DNA of 64,000 bases from positions 2,006 through 66,005 of the forward strand of contig JAGAOP010000016.1 of assembly GCA_017623685.1 (NCBI GenBank), read 5' to 3'. Numbering within the stretch: position 1 is the first letter of the stretch; each line of letters opens with the position of its first letter. This DNA comes from Spirochaetaceae bacterium. Lineage in GTDB: Bacteria > Spirochaetota > Spirochaetia > Treponematales > Treponemataceae. The notes under the pieces are model-generated. The model did no database searches, had not been told where the DNA came from, and saw only the letters and a list, made by a program, of their open reading frames with translations. This document shows, piece after piece, positions 1 through 8,981 of this stretch. The position numbers were made by a program, and so were the translations under genes.

Positions 1-18
1 AGGCAGCAGTCTTTTAAT

Positions 19-1713
19 TTATTTTTTTACTAAATCTTTAAACATTGCATGACGTCTTTCATCTTGCATCAAAAGATTCATTTTGAACTGACCGTCTCTT
101 GCACCCTGTTCAATTGATCGCTTTTTAAAGTTTTCAAAACTTTCAGGCTGAAGCAAGTGTGTAACAGGATCCTTAACACGGAAAGAAGCACGCTTTGCTT
201 CATATTCAATGTTCAATTTCTTTAGGTTTGCATCAACAACCTTTGTAAATTCTTCTGCCTTGGCTTGGTCAATAGATTGATCAGCAAATTCATAATAAAG
301 TTGATAGTTTGAATTGTCAAGGTCTGCAAAACCAACAAAGAATTTAGTTGGCATATTTGTTTCTTTTTCTGCAGTATGAACAGCTTCGATAAACTGTCGC
401 TCGTGGAGTTTTTCTCCAGTAAGAGAAATAATTCCATTTACCTTTTGGATAAACTGAATTGTAGGAATTGTTCCATATTTTCCAGTTACTTCCACCAAGT
501 CGTTCATGTTGTAGCGGTAAAGTCCTGCCAAAGTTGTTACATAAATGCAGTAGCGTTTTCCAACTTCCAAATCTTCAAGCTGCAAGAATTCTGGATTAGG
601 GTTATCCAAATCTTCTGCCCTTATAAATTCAAAATAGTGCATATGTGGAAACAAAACAGTGTCATCGCCACCATTCATTACAAGACCTGCACGACATTCA
701 GATGCAAAGTAACCGAATTCCTGATGCAACATATTTTTGGGGAAAGAATCCTTGAATTTTTCTAGATAAACTTGTGTATTTCCACACTTCCAAGTTGTAA
801 GAACCTGAATATTTGGCCAATAGTGTTTTGGTAGAACTGTACCATATTTTTCTTTAAGAGCTCTAAGTTCAGCTGCACGTTGAGGATTTGGCTTAAAAGT
901 TGCAGCTATTGTTGCACGAATTTCTGGTTCAATTTTTAAGTTTTCACTAAGAGTTCCGTTTTCAATATCTTTTACATATTCATCAAAAAACTCGTTTACG
1001 TTATTTTGCATTTCTACGATTGTAGATGGATTTGCTGTTACAAGAAGATGAACATCTTTTTCAATACCTGTACGCATGATTGTGTAATAACGAGCCTTGT
1101 AATCACTAATTGCAAAAACAGCATTATTTTCTGCATACAAACCTTTGATAAATTCTGGGCAGTCACGACGGGTAACACCAGAAACAGAACCATAAACTGT
1201 ACCATCTGGAGCAGCACCTTCGATTGCTTTTCCTACAATTGATGTGCATACGTTTTCAAAAACTTTTGGTCTGTGCATCTGGAATGAATGTAACCACAAT
1301 TTTGACATCTTGCTGTAAGCATTATTGTAATATTCATTTGTAATAGGAATCCATTTTGGTTCCTTTGTGGTACCACTTGTTGTTGCATACATCATTGGTT
1401 TTCCAGGGAACAAAAGATTTTCTTCCCCATTTTTGTGGCGTTCTACAAAAGGGCGTAAATCTTCGTAATCGGTTGCAGGAACATTTGCTTGCCATCTTTT
1501 ATACAATTCTGTAGCATTAGGTGCTGCAAGAATTTCAGCAAAATTATGGCTTTTGCCCCACTCTGTGTCTTTTGCATACTCTAGAATTCGTCTAAGAGTT
1601 TTTTCTTGTTCTTTTGCAACATTTTTTGCGGCTTTATCCAGTTTACTTTTTTGGATATTTCCAACTAATCCCATTGCAAGTTTAATTTTAAGAGAACCTT
1701 TTAACTTAGCCAT
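19..1713 (-). CDS. GH3 (auxin-responsive) family acyl-adenylate/amido-synthetase-like protein
   Basis: 564 aa with the three GH3 motifs: YATTSGTTKEPKWIP, GYFASE and GLYRYNMNDLV; SD GAGG upstream. Confidence 0.88.
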   Translation of the reverse strand: MAKLKGSLKIKLAMGLVGNIQKSKLDKAAKNVAKEQEKTLRRILEYAKDTEWGKSHNFAEILAAPNATELYKRWQANVPATDYEDLRPFVERHKNGEENLLFPGKPMMYATTSGTTKEPKWIPITNEYYNNAYSKMSKLWLHSFQMHRPKVFENVCTSIVGKAIEGAAPDGTVYGSVSGVTRRDCPEFIKGLYAENNAVFAISDYKARYYTIMRTGIEKDVHLLVTANPSTIVEMQNNVNEFFDEYVKDIENGTLSENLKIEPEIRATIAATFKPNPQRAAELRALKEKYGTVLPKHYWPNIQVLTTWKCGNTQVYLEKFKDSFPKNMLHQEFGYFASECRAGLVMNGGDDTVLFPHMHYFEFIRAEDLDNPNPEFLQLEDLEVGKRYCIYVTTLAGLYRYNMNDLVEVTGKYGTIPTIQFIQKVNGIISLTGEKLHERQFIEAVHTAEKETNMPTKFFVGFADLDNSNYQLYYEFADQSIDQAKAEEFTKVVDANLKKLNIEYEAKRASFRVKDPVTHLLQPESFENFKKRSIEQGARDGQFKMNLLMQDERRHAMFKDLVKK

Positions 1714-1931
1714 TGTTAACCTCTTTTTCTTTTTTTTACAGCTTAAAAGCCGTATTTCAAAAAAACTATATCATATAATACTTAAAAAAACAATATCAAG
1801 TTTTTTGTCAAAGTAAATATATTGAAGAAATACGATTTTTTTAAATAATATTTTGTCATATTTGTTTTATTTTCATTTTGTGCTAAAATATTTCTTGGAT
1901 ATATATTAAAATTTTTAAACTTGGAGTTATT

Positions 1932-3773
1932 ATGACAAATACAGAAATTACACAATTCAAAGGAAAAGTTTATTTCTTAAACTTTTTTATTTATGTAGCA
2001 CCAGTTATTTTTTTGATTATACAAGTTTTGTTTACTGGAATTTTTACTTTTAAACAAGTATTAACTTTTGCTACAAGGATTCCGTTTATTGCATTTCTCT
2101 TTATTTCAATAGCTATTCCTTCTTTACTATACCTTTATGCAAGAAAAACATTTGAATCCTACGATGGTTCAGAAGAATCAATAATAAAAACAAACAAAGT
2201 TGCTTTGTTATATCCCAAACTGTCGCTAATTTCACCTATTCTTTTGAATTTAATACTTCCTCCTTTATGTTTATTAGATCAACCAATTAACACAATAATT
2301 ATTATTATGTTGCAAAGTTTTGGAAGTGTTTGTTTAACAAGCCTTTTATTTTATATAAAGTTTCTTCAATCTTTTGAAGCTTATTTATGTTGGCTACCAT
2401 TACGCAAAGAATATACCTCTATGAGCCTAATCGTTAGATCTATACTTGTTGCATTTTTTTGTTCTACTGGTATATTGATTATGTGCATCGTACCTGTTCT
2501 CGGCGCAGATTCTAGTGGTAAAACTATTGTTCAAATGGTTTTGCAAAAATCATTACCGCTTGGCTTTTTAGGCGTAATAAGTGCAGGACTTGCCCTTTCT
2601 TCGCAGATGGGTGGGGTTTCCCGACGATTATCATTGATAAAAGAAGTAATGGAAAAAGTTACAGCTGGTGACTATTCAATGGAACCATTAGGTGTTCCAA
2701 GCCGTGATGAAATGGGTCTTATCGTCAACGACTTAAACCAATTTGTCATTACAACTAAAACTTTGGTAACCAAAATAAAATCTGGAGTAAACATATCTCA
2801 AGAAGCCGCTGGAAACTTAGAATTAAACATTAATGCGTCTGACGCACGAGTTCGCCAAGTTGTAAACAGCGTTTCAACTATTAATTCCGAAATGATTAAT
2901 CAAGCTGCAGGAATAGAAGAAACTCATGCCACCGTTGAACAAATCGCAAATAATATTTCTCGTCTTAATAGCGATATTGAATCCCAAGCATCTAGTGTAA
3001 CGCAAGCCTCTGCCGCAATAGAACAAATGGTTGCAAATATTCGCTCTGTTACAGATATTCTTGAAAAAAACTCCGTTACAGTTTCAAAACTAGATAATGC
3101 GGCTTCGGAAGGTCAAAGAATTGTAGATACAGCGGTTTCTGCTTCTAAAAAAATCTTTGAAGAATCTGTGGGAATGTTAGAAGCAAGTGATGTAATCAAA
3201 AAAATTGCGGAACAAACTAATATGTTAGCTATGAACGCAGCCATCGAAGCCGCCCATGCCGGAGACGCAGGAAAAGGGTTTGCTGTTGTTGCCGATGAAA
3301 TAAGAAAACTTGCAGAAGATTCTAGCAACCAAACCTTAACCATTTCATCTCGCCTTCAAGAGCTAGGTGAATCAATTAACGATGTTTCATCTGCAACACA
3401 AGAAGTTTCTAATCTGTTCAATTCAATTTATGAGCTTTCCCAATCTGTTCAAACTCAAGAAACAGTAATCATGAGGGCTATGCAAGAACAATCCGAAGGA
3501 AACGAACAAGTTCTAGAAGCTATGCATTCAATAAATGATATTACTGTTTCTGTAAAAGACGGTGCAGCAGTAATGTTACAAGGCAGCACAGAAATCAGCA
3601 CGGAAATGGGAAAACTTTCCGAGGTAACAACTTCAATTACTCATTCTGTAAAGGAAATGGCAGAAGATTCATCTTTTATAACCGATGCTTTACGAAATGT
3701 AAACGACGCAGCAAATAAAAATTCCCAAGTTGTTTCAGATTTGATTAATTCAGTTTCTGCGTTCAAAGTATAA
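1932..3773 (+). CDS. Methyl-accepting chemotaxis protein with multi-TM N-terminus and HAMP domain
   Basis: Hairpin-tip motif IAEQTNMLAMNAAIEAAHAGDAGKGFAVVADEIRKLAE; HAMP SRDEMG; several hydrophobic N-terminal segments. Confidence 0.95.
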   Translation: MTNTEITQFKGKVYFLNFFIYVAPVIFLIIQVLFTGIFTFKQVLTFATRIPFIAFLFISIAIPSLLYLYARKTFESYDGSEESIIKTNKVALLYPKLSLISPILLNLILPPLCLLDQPINTIIIIMLQSFGSVCLTSLLFYIKFLQSFEAYLCWLPLRKEYTSMSLIVRSILVAFFCSTGILIMCIVPVLGADSSGKTIVQMVLQKSLPLGFLGVISAGLALSSQMGGVSRRLSLIKEVMEKVTAGDYSMEPLGVPSRDEMGLIVNDLNQFVITTKTLVTKIKSGVNISQEAAGNLELNINASDARVRQVVNSVSTINSEMINQAAGIEETHATVEQIANNISRLNSDIESQASSVTQASAAIEQMVANIRSVTDILEKNSVTVSKLDNAASEGQRIVDTAVSASKKIFEESVGMLEASDVIKKIAEQTNMLAMNAAIEAAHAGDAGKGFAVVADEIRKLAEDSSNQTLTISSRLQELGESINDVSSATQEVSNLFNSIYELSQSVQTQETVIMRAMQEQSEGNEQVLEAMHSINDITVSVKDGAAVMLQGSTEISTEMGKLSEVTTSITHSVKEMAEDSSFITDALRNVNDAANKNSQVVSDLINSVSAFKV

Positions 3774-3798
3774 CCAAAGAATCACTCAGGAGATATAA

Positions 3799-4680
3799 AT
3801 GAGTTTTATCCAGTTTCAAGATGTTTCTTTTGCATATCCTCAAATTCCAGGAGACGTAGATGAACAAGGAAATCCTATTGTTCCTTCTCCAATTTTTGAA
3901 CATATGAGCGCCCAGCTTCCAGGTGGCTTTATAAGCCTTGTAGGACCAAATGCTTCCGGTAAATCAACCTTAATGCTCTTGGCAGCAGGACGACTTTTAC
4001 CTCAGCAGGGGAAAATTTTCTTATTAGGCAAAGACACATCTTCTCTTTCAGATGAAGAAAAGCAACAAATTGCATCTTTTATTTATCAAAACATGGAATT
4101 TGAAACGGAAGAAACTGTAACTGAACTTTTAAATTTCGTATACAAAAATGGCAATCTTAATAACCAAACAATTTTAATTTTATGTGATACTAAATACTTC
4201 ACAGAAGAACAAAAAACTGAATTTTCCAACGCAAAAACTCTGATGGAACAAATTGAATCTATCTTTGAACTAAAAGAAATAATGCAATTAAAATTATCTG
4301 CCTTATCCAAGGGACAAATGCAGCGGGTTATTATTGCTTTTTCCCTTTTATATGGGAGTCAAAGCATTTTTATGGATGAGCCTCTTTTTGCATTGGAAAC
4401 AGCCCAAAAACATAAAGTTTTATCTTTTATTAAAGGATATTGTAAAACCACAGGAATAACAGTATATATTTCCATGCATGAACTAGAGCTAAATAAAATT
4501 TATCCTGAAAACATTTTATTGTTCTATCCCAACAGAGATATGGATTTTGGAAGTCCAGAAGAAGTGCTTACTCCACAGGCCTTAGAAAAAGCCTATGGAG
4601 TACCAGCTGCTATGTTAAAGGACACCGAAGCCCTTACCAGAAAAAGCCTTTGCGAACAATACAATGCTTTAGAAAAATAG
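3799..4680 (+). CDS. ABC transporter ATP-binding protein (no adjacent permease)
   Basis: Walker A GPNASGKS, signature LSKGQ, Walker B IFMDE, H-loop SMH; SD AGGAG. Confidence 0.88.
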   Translation: MSFIQFQDVSFAYPQIPGDVDEQGNPIVPSPIFEHMSAQLPGGFISLVGPNASGKSTLMLLAAGRLLPQQGKIFLLGKDTSSLSDEEKQQIASFIYQNMEFETEETVTELLNFVYKNGNLNNQTILILCDTKYFTEEQKTEFSNAKTLMEQIESIFELKEIMQLKLSALSKGQMQRVIIAFSLLYGSQSIFMDEPLFALETAQKHKVLSFIKGYCKTTGITVYISMHELELNKIYPENILLFYPNRDMDFGSPEEVLTPQALEKAYGVPAAMLKDTEALTRKSLCEQYNALEK

Positions 4681-4709
4681 CAATTAAATTAGCACAAAGA
4701 TTTTAGGGC

Positions 4710-4750
4710 AACACATGGCAACTTTTTTTGCCATGTGTTTTATTTTTTTT
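4710..4750. terminator. Intrinsic terminator between convergent genes
   Basis: aacacatggcaa / ttgccatgtgtt 12-bp inverted repeat followed by a T-rich tract. Confidence 0.8.
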
Positions 4751-5096
4751 CTTCAACAGATTGAATATAAATCTTTCCACCAGGCAAAGCATTTAACTCC
4801 AAGGAATTAGACTCTTTGCCAGAAGTTTCAAGGCCACCTTTAACAGTTAAAACCAAACCTTGTTTTTGACGCAAACTGGCAATGGTTGTTTCATCTGCAG
4901 AAATTGAATATTCTGTACCATCTTTTGCAACAAGGCCAAGCCATGTATGAGGCTCGTTGCCATAGACTTTTACAGTACAAGTAATTGTTACAATTTCACG
5001 ACCAGCTTCGTCAAAATTTTTTCTTCCACCCATAGCAAAAACCAATGTAGAACAGATTATTAATGCTAAAACACAAATAATATTTCTTAACTTCAT
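4740..5096 (-). CDS. Exported hypothetical protein (possible OB-fold)
   Basis: 118 aa; signal peptide ending LVFA; 11 nt downstream of the M30 peptidase gene; SD GAAGG. Confidence 0.7.
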   Translation of the reverse strand: MKLRNIICVLALIICSTLVFAMGGRKNFDEAGREIVTITCTVKVYGNEPHTWLGLVAKDGTEYSISADETTIASLRQKQGLVLTVKGGLETSGKESNSLELNALPGGKIYIQSVEEKK

Positions 5097-5107
5097 GTTA
5101 AACCTTC

Positions 5108-6865
5108 TTATTCATCATATGGCTGAACTAACAATAGAACACTCGTACCATCTGCAACATAGCTACTAAATGGTAGTGACATAGTTCCACCTGTACCTAC
5201 CTCAGCTGGTGTCAACCATGCTACACGATGCAAAGAAAATCCGTTAGGTCTAAGTTCATATTGAGCATTATAACTAAGTAACCCTGGACCATAAAGAGTT
5301 CTTTCTTCATCTAAGGGAACTGCAACCTCAAAAATATTAAAGGCTTTCATTGGATAGTCATATCTATCATAGGCAGTAGAACTTTTTACTGTACGATTAA
5401 AAGTTATTTCTGGATCTTTGCTTAAGGTCAAGGCTCTTGGGTATTTTGTAAATACAGACTTAAAAGTTTCGTTTTTACCTGCTTGTCCCAATGCATAAGT
5501 TATTGCATTTTTATCTACTTCGGAACATTGTGCTATTTCTTTTATCAAATCTGGTCCGCCATAGTTTCTTGCCAAATATGCACCAAAGGTATAAGCCGTA
5601 GCATAAGATATATTAACATAATCGCCGTCTAGCCAGTCTGTAATTCCAGAAAGAATATAGTTGGCACAAAACCAAGGAAGACGAAATAAAGGAGAATTTT
5701 CATCTGAAATACCTAACTTTGATTGCATCATATCTTCGCACAACATTGAAAGCATTTCATTAAACCAAGTAGAAGAAGATTTTCCCTCCCTGCCTTGACT
5801 TAAAGGTGTCAAAAATTTTACACCGAAATGAATCATATGCTGAAATTCATGAGCTAAAGTTGAATAAACAGTGTCTGGAGCTATATTAGTAAAATAGGTG
5901 TCTACATAAAAATATTTTCCTTCATTACTTAACTTCAAAGTAGAATCCCCAGCATAATTTGCAAAAGCTTGAGAGTAATAATCCTTTGCCCAAAAATAAC
6001 CGAAAGTTCCACCCTGCTGGGTTGCACTGTAATCACATTGAATATCGGTAAGTACAATATTTACTTTTGAACCTGTATCGGAAACATTTTCGATGGGAAG
6101 TAACACTTCTCCGCCTGAATAATGAGCTATACATTCAGCTTCCTGCCCAAAAATATTTCTAACATAGCCATAAATCATATCAAATTGGTCAGCAAGAGCT
6201 TCGGCAGTTGCAGTATTTACTTTGTTAGCAGATGCTGTTGTTGCATAATAATCATTTACAACCCAAACGTAACAATGCTCACCAACCGCCCTTAAAGTTG
6301 CATCTCTTTTGCTATAACCTGTAGCGGAACTATCAACATATAATTTTTTTGTTTCTCCAACAGAACCCGAAATCTGACTAACTGCCATCTGAGGTGCTGA
6401 AATTGCAGAATTTGATGCATATCTAGAATTATTCAGTTTTATCTGTGGTGGAGTAAAATCCCTTGCAGGAACGAAATCTTGTCGAATCAAACCATTTGCA
6501 TAACCAGAAATATTAGAATATTTTAAAGCTTCAGAATAATCTGATAAAACCAAATCATTTTCTACACTTCTTTTATTATCAACAAGATATTGAGTAGATG
6601 CTTTTGGAATAATATTATCTGTATGATTCAATCTAGCATAAAAAACTTCCACACCTGCATTTGCAGGAAGAGTTAACTTTACAGTTCCTACATCCTTTGG
6701 TAATTCATAAACAAGAATACCATTATTTTCATCAGGATTATAAATTAACTCTTTTGTTTTTCCATCCCAATCAGGAGTTGAAGTTTCGAAGGTATTCTCT
6801 GTGCCAAGGACACAGGAACACAACAATACAATTAACAATAAATAAAAAAACTTAAATACTTTCAT
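5108..6865 (-). CDS. Zinc metallopeptidase lipoprotein, M30 (hyicolysin)-like
   Basis: Lipobox LLCSC; zincin motif LAHEFQHMIH followed by WFNEMLS. Confidence 0.8.
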   Translation of the reverse strand: MKVFKFFYLLLIVLLCSCVLGTENTFETSTPDWDGKTKELIYNPDENNGILVYELPKDVGTVKLTLPANAGVEVFYARLNHTDNIIPKASTQYLVDNKRSVENDLVLSDYSEALKYSNISGYANGLIRQDFVPARDFTPPQIKLNNSRYASNSAISAPQMAVSQISGSVGETKKLYVDSSATGYSKRDATLRAVGEHCYVWVVNDYYATTASANKVNTATAEALADQFDMIYGYVRNIFGQEAECIAHYSGGEVLLPIENVSDTGSKVNIVLTDIQCDYSATQQGGTFGYFWAKDYYSQAFANYAGDSTLKLSNEGKYFYVDTYFTNIAPDTVYSTLAHEFQHMIHFGVKFLTPLSQGREGKSSSTWFNEMLSMLCEDMMQSKLGISDENSPLFRLPWFCANYILSGITDWLDGDYVNISYATAYTFGAYLARNYGGPDLIKEIAQCSEVDKNAITYALGQAGKNETFKSVFTKYPRALTLSKDPEITFNRTVKSSTAYDRYDYPMKAFNIFEVAVPLDEERTLYGPGLLSYNAQYELRPNGFSLHRVAWLTPAEVGTGGTMSLPFSSYVADGTSVLLLVQPYDE

Positions 6866-6871
6866 AGAATA

Positions 6872-6900
6872 AGTATACAGTACATAGAAATTTTTGTAAA
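6872..6900 (-). promoter_or_regulatory. Sigma70 promoter, leaderless architecture (M30 peptidase)
   Basis: TTTACA-N17-TATACT-N6-ATG; no SD. Confidence 0.7.
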
Positions 6901-6944
6901 CATAACCCCAATCTATTCCAAAAAATCTTTTTTTTTATTTCTTT

Positions 6945-7063
6945 CGCCATGGTGTAACCACCATTTCCCACCCCAATGCAGGCGGGCGAGTTCCATTAAC
7001 AACCGACATGGATGTGGGAACCTTTGCATATTTAAGCAAGGAGAACAGGGATGTTATCCTTGC
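6945..7063 (+). other. GC-rich structured intergenic element with ACA-NGGA-TGT hairpins
   Basis: Hairpins gcaaggagaaca-GGGA-tgttatccttgc (7036-7063), ccgaca-TGGA-tgtggg (7003-7018) and atggtg-taac-caccat (6949-6964); much more GC-rich than flanking intergenic DNA. Confidence 0.55.
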
Positions 7064-7066
7064 GAC

Positions 7067-7095
7067 TTGACGCTAAGCCAAAGGCTCTTTATAAT
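7067..7095 (+). promoter_or_regulatory. Sigma70 promoter of the alaS operon
   Basis: TTGACG-N17-TATAAT, 9 nt before the ATG at 7105. Confidence 0.85.
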
Positions 7096-7104
7096 AATAT
7101 CATT

Positions 7105-8889
7105 ATGACTGCAAATGAATTACGTTCTAAATACATAGAGTTTTTTAAAAGTAAAAACCATGTAGAAATATCAGGGAAATCCTTGATTCCAGAAAACGAT
7201 CCTTCTGTTCTTTTTACAACAGCAGGAATGCATCCATTAGTTCCTTATTTGATGGGAGAACCACATCCTTCAGGAACAAGACTTACAGACTATCAAAAAT
7301 GTGTACGAACAGGTGACATAGATGAAGTAGGTGATACCTGCCACTTAACTTGTTTTGAAATGTTAGGAAACTGGTCTTTAGGTGATTATTTCAAAAAAGA
7401 ATCCATTGCCTTTAGTTATGAATTCCTTACGGCAAAACAATGGTTGGGTCTTGACCCAAGACTTCTTTCCGTTACAGTTTTTGCAGGAGATGAAAATGCA
7501 CCTCGTGACGAGGAATCTGCTGGCTACTGGAAAGAAGTTGGCATGAGCGAAGATAAAATTGCTTACTTACCTGCAAGGGACAACTGGTGGGCAGCTGGAC
7601 CTACTGGTCCTTGTGGTCCAGACACAGAAATATTTTACTGGGTAGGAGAAGGTTTTCCTCCTGTAGGTTCTAACAAAGGAACAGACAGTGCTAACTGGAT
7701 GGAAATTTGGAACAATGTTTTTATGGAGTACAATCGCATAGACGAAAACACCTTAGTAAAACTTCCAAAACAAAATGTAGATACAGGAATGGGACTTGAA
7801 AGAACAACAACAGTCCTTGAAGGAAAAACCAGCGTTTACCTTACAGAAATATTCCAACCTATAATCCAAAAAATAGGACAGCTAACAGAATATAACTACG
7901 GTTCAGACGAAGAAAAAGATCGTAGCGTACGAATTATTGCTGACCATGCCAGATCTGGGGTATTCATTTTAGGAGACCCAAAAGGCGTTGTTCCTTCAAA
8001 TGTAGGAGCAGGTTATGTTTTACGCAGACTTATTCGTCGAGCTATCCGTCACGGAAAAAAACTAGGTATCGAAAAACCATTTTTATCAGAATTAGCTCAA
8101 GTAGTAGTGGAAAATTTCAAAGGCCCCTACCCTGAGTTGCTAGAAAATTCAGAAAAAATATTTACTGAATTACTTGCAGAAGAAAAGAAATTTGGCGAAA
8201 CCCTACGCAAGGGCGAAGCAGAATTTGAAAAGTTGCTTCCAAATTTAATGCGTAACCCTCAAAAAGTAGTTCCTGGTAGAGTAGCTTTCCGCTTGTACGA
8301 TACTTTTGGTTTCCCCTTGGAGCTAACAGAAGAATTGGCCAGTGAAAATGGATTCACTGTGGACAAGGAAGGTTTTCAGGAAGCAGAAAAGAAACATCAA
8401 GAACTTTCTAGAACCCAAAGTGCAGGTAAAAACAAAGGTGGCTTAGCAGAACAATCTGAAGTTGCAACAAAATATCATACTGCTACTCACTTATTACAAC
8501 AGGCACTAAAAATTGTTCTTGGAGACCATGTAGCACAAAAGGGCTCAAATATTACTTCTGAAAGACTACGGTTTGACTTTTCCCACCCCTCCCCAATGAC
8601 AAAAGAAGAAATTCAGCAGGTGGAAGATATTGTAAACCAACAAATTCAACGTGATTTACCTGTAACCATGGAAATTATGGACTTAGAAGAAGCAAAGGCT
8701 TCTGGTGCAACAGCTCTTTTTGGTGAAAAATATGAATCTAGAGTAAAAGTATATACCATCGGAGATTTTTCAAAAGAAGTTTGCGGTGGACCACATGTTG
8801 AACACACTGGTCTTATCGGAACATTCAAAATCAAGAAAGAACAATCTTCTTCTGCTGGAGTACGTCGTATAAAAGCTGTAATTTCTTAA
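7105..8889 (+). CDS. alaS: Alanine--tRNA ligase (short form without C-Ala domain)
   Basis: LFTTAGM, FEMLGNWSLGDYFK, GPCGPDTEIF, VDTGMGLER; editing motifs HTATHLL and CGGPHV. Start moved to ATG 7105 because the longer ORF would run through the promoter. Confidence 0.97.
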   Translation: MTANELRSKYIEFFKSKNHVEISGKSLIPENDPSVLFTTAGMHPLVPYLMGEPHPSGTRLTDYQKCVRTGDIDEVGDTCHLTCFEMLGNWSLGDYFKKESIAFSYEFLTAKQWLGLDPRLLSVTVFAGDENAPRDEESAGYWKEVGMSEDKIAYLPARDNWWAAGPTGPCGPDTEIFYWVGEGFPPVGSNKGTDSANWMEIWNNVFMEYNRIDENTLVKLPKQNVDTGMGLERTTTVLEGKTSVYLTEIFQPIIQKIGQLTEYNYGSDEEKDRSVRIIADHARSGVFILGDPKGVVPSNVGAGYVLRRLIRRAIRHGKKLGIEKPFLSELAQVVVENFKGPYPELLENSEKIFTELLAEEKKFGETLRKGEAEFEKLLPNLMRNPQKVVPGRVAFRLYDTFGFPLELTEELASENGFTVDKEGFQEAEKKHQELSRTQSAGKNKGGLAEQSEVATKYHTATHLLQQALKIVLGDHVAQKGSNITSERLRFDFSHPSPMTKEEIQQVEDIVNQQIQRDLPVTMEIMDLEEAKASGATALFGEKYESRVKVYTIGDFSKEVCGGPHVEHTGLIGTFKIKKEQSSSAGVRRIKAVIS

Positions 8890-8981
8890 TTACTAATTGT
8901 AACAAAACGGACGTTTGTCTGTTATATTTGATAAATAAGTAAAACGCAAAATGCGTATTTAGTTTCAGAGGAGTTTTTTGA

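Noticed and set aside
6945-7063. T-box riboswitch, tRNA or 6S RNA upstream of alaS (GGTGTAACC resembles the T-box)
   Set aside because: The bulge reads UGUAACC rather than UGGNACC. There is no Stem I, specifier or U-tailed terminator, the alaS promoter lies downstream of the element, and no cloverleaf is evident.
7051-7104. Longer N-termini from the ORF track for alaS (similarly gltA, nusB, the btuD-like ATPase, the OMP, TPR, rseC, rlmE, fadD)
   Set aside because: The extensions overlap promoters or upstream genes; downstream starts have an SD or match family N-termini better.
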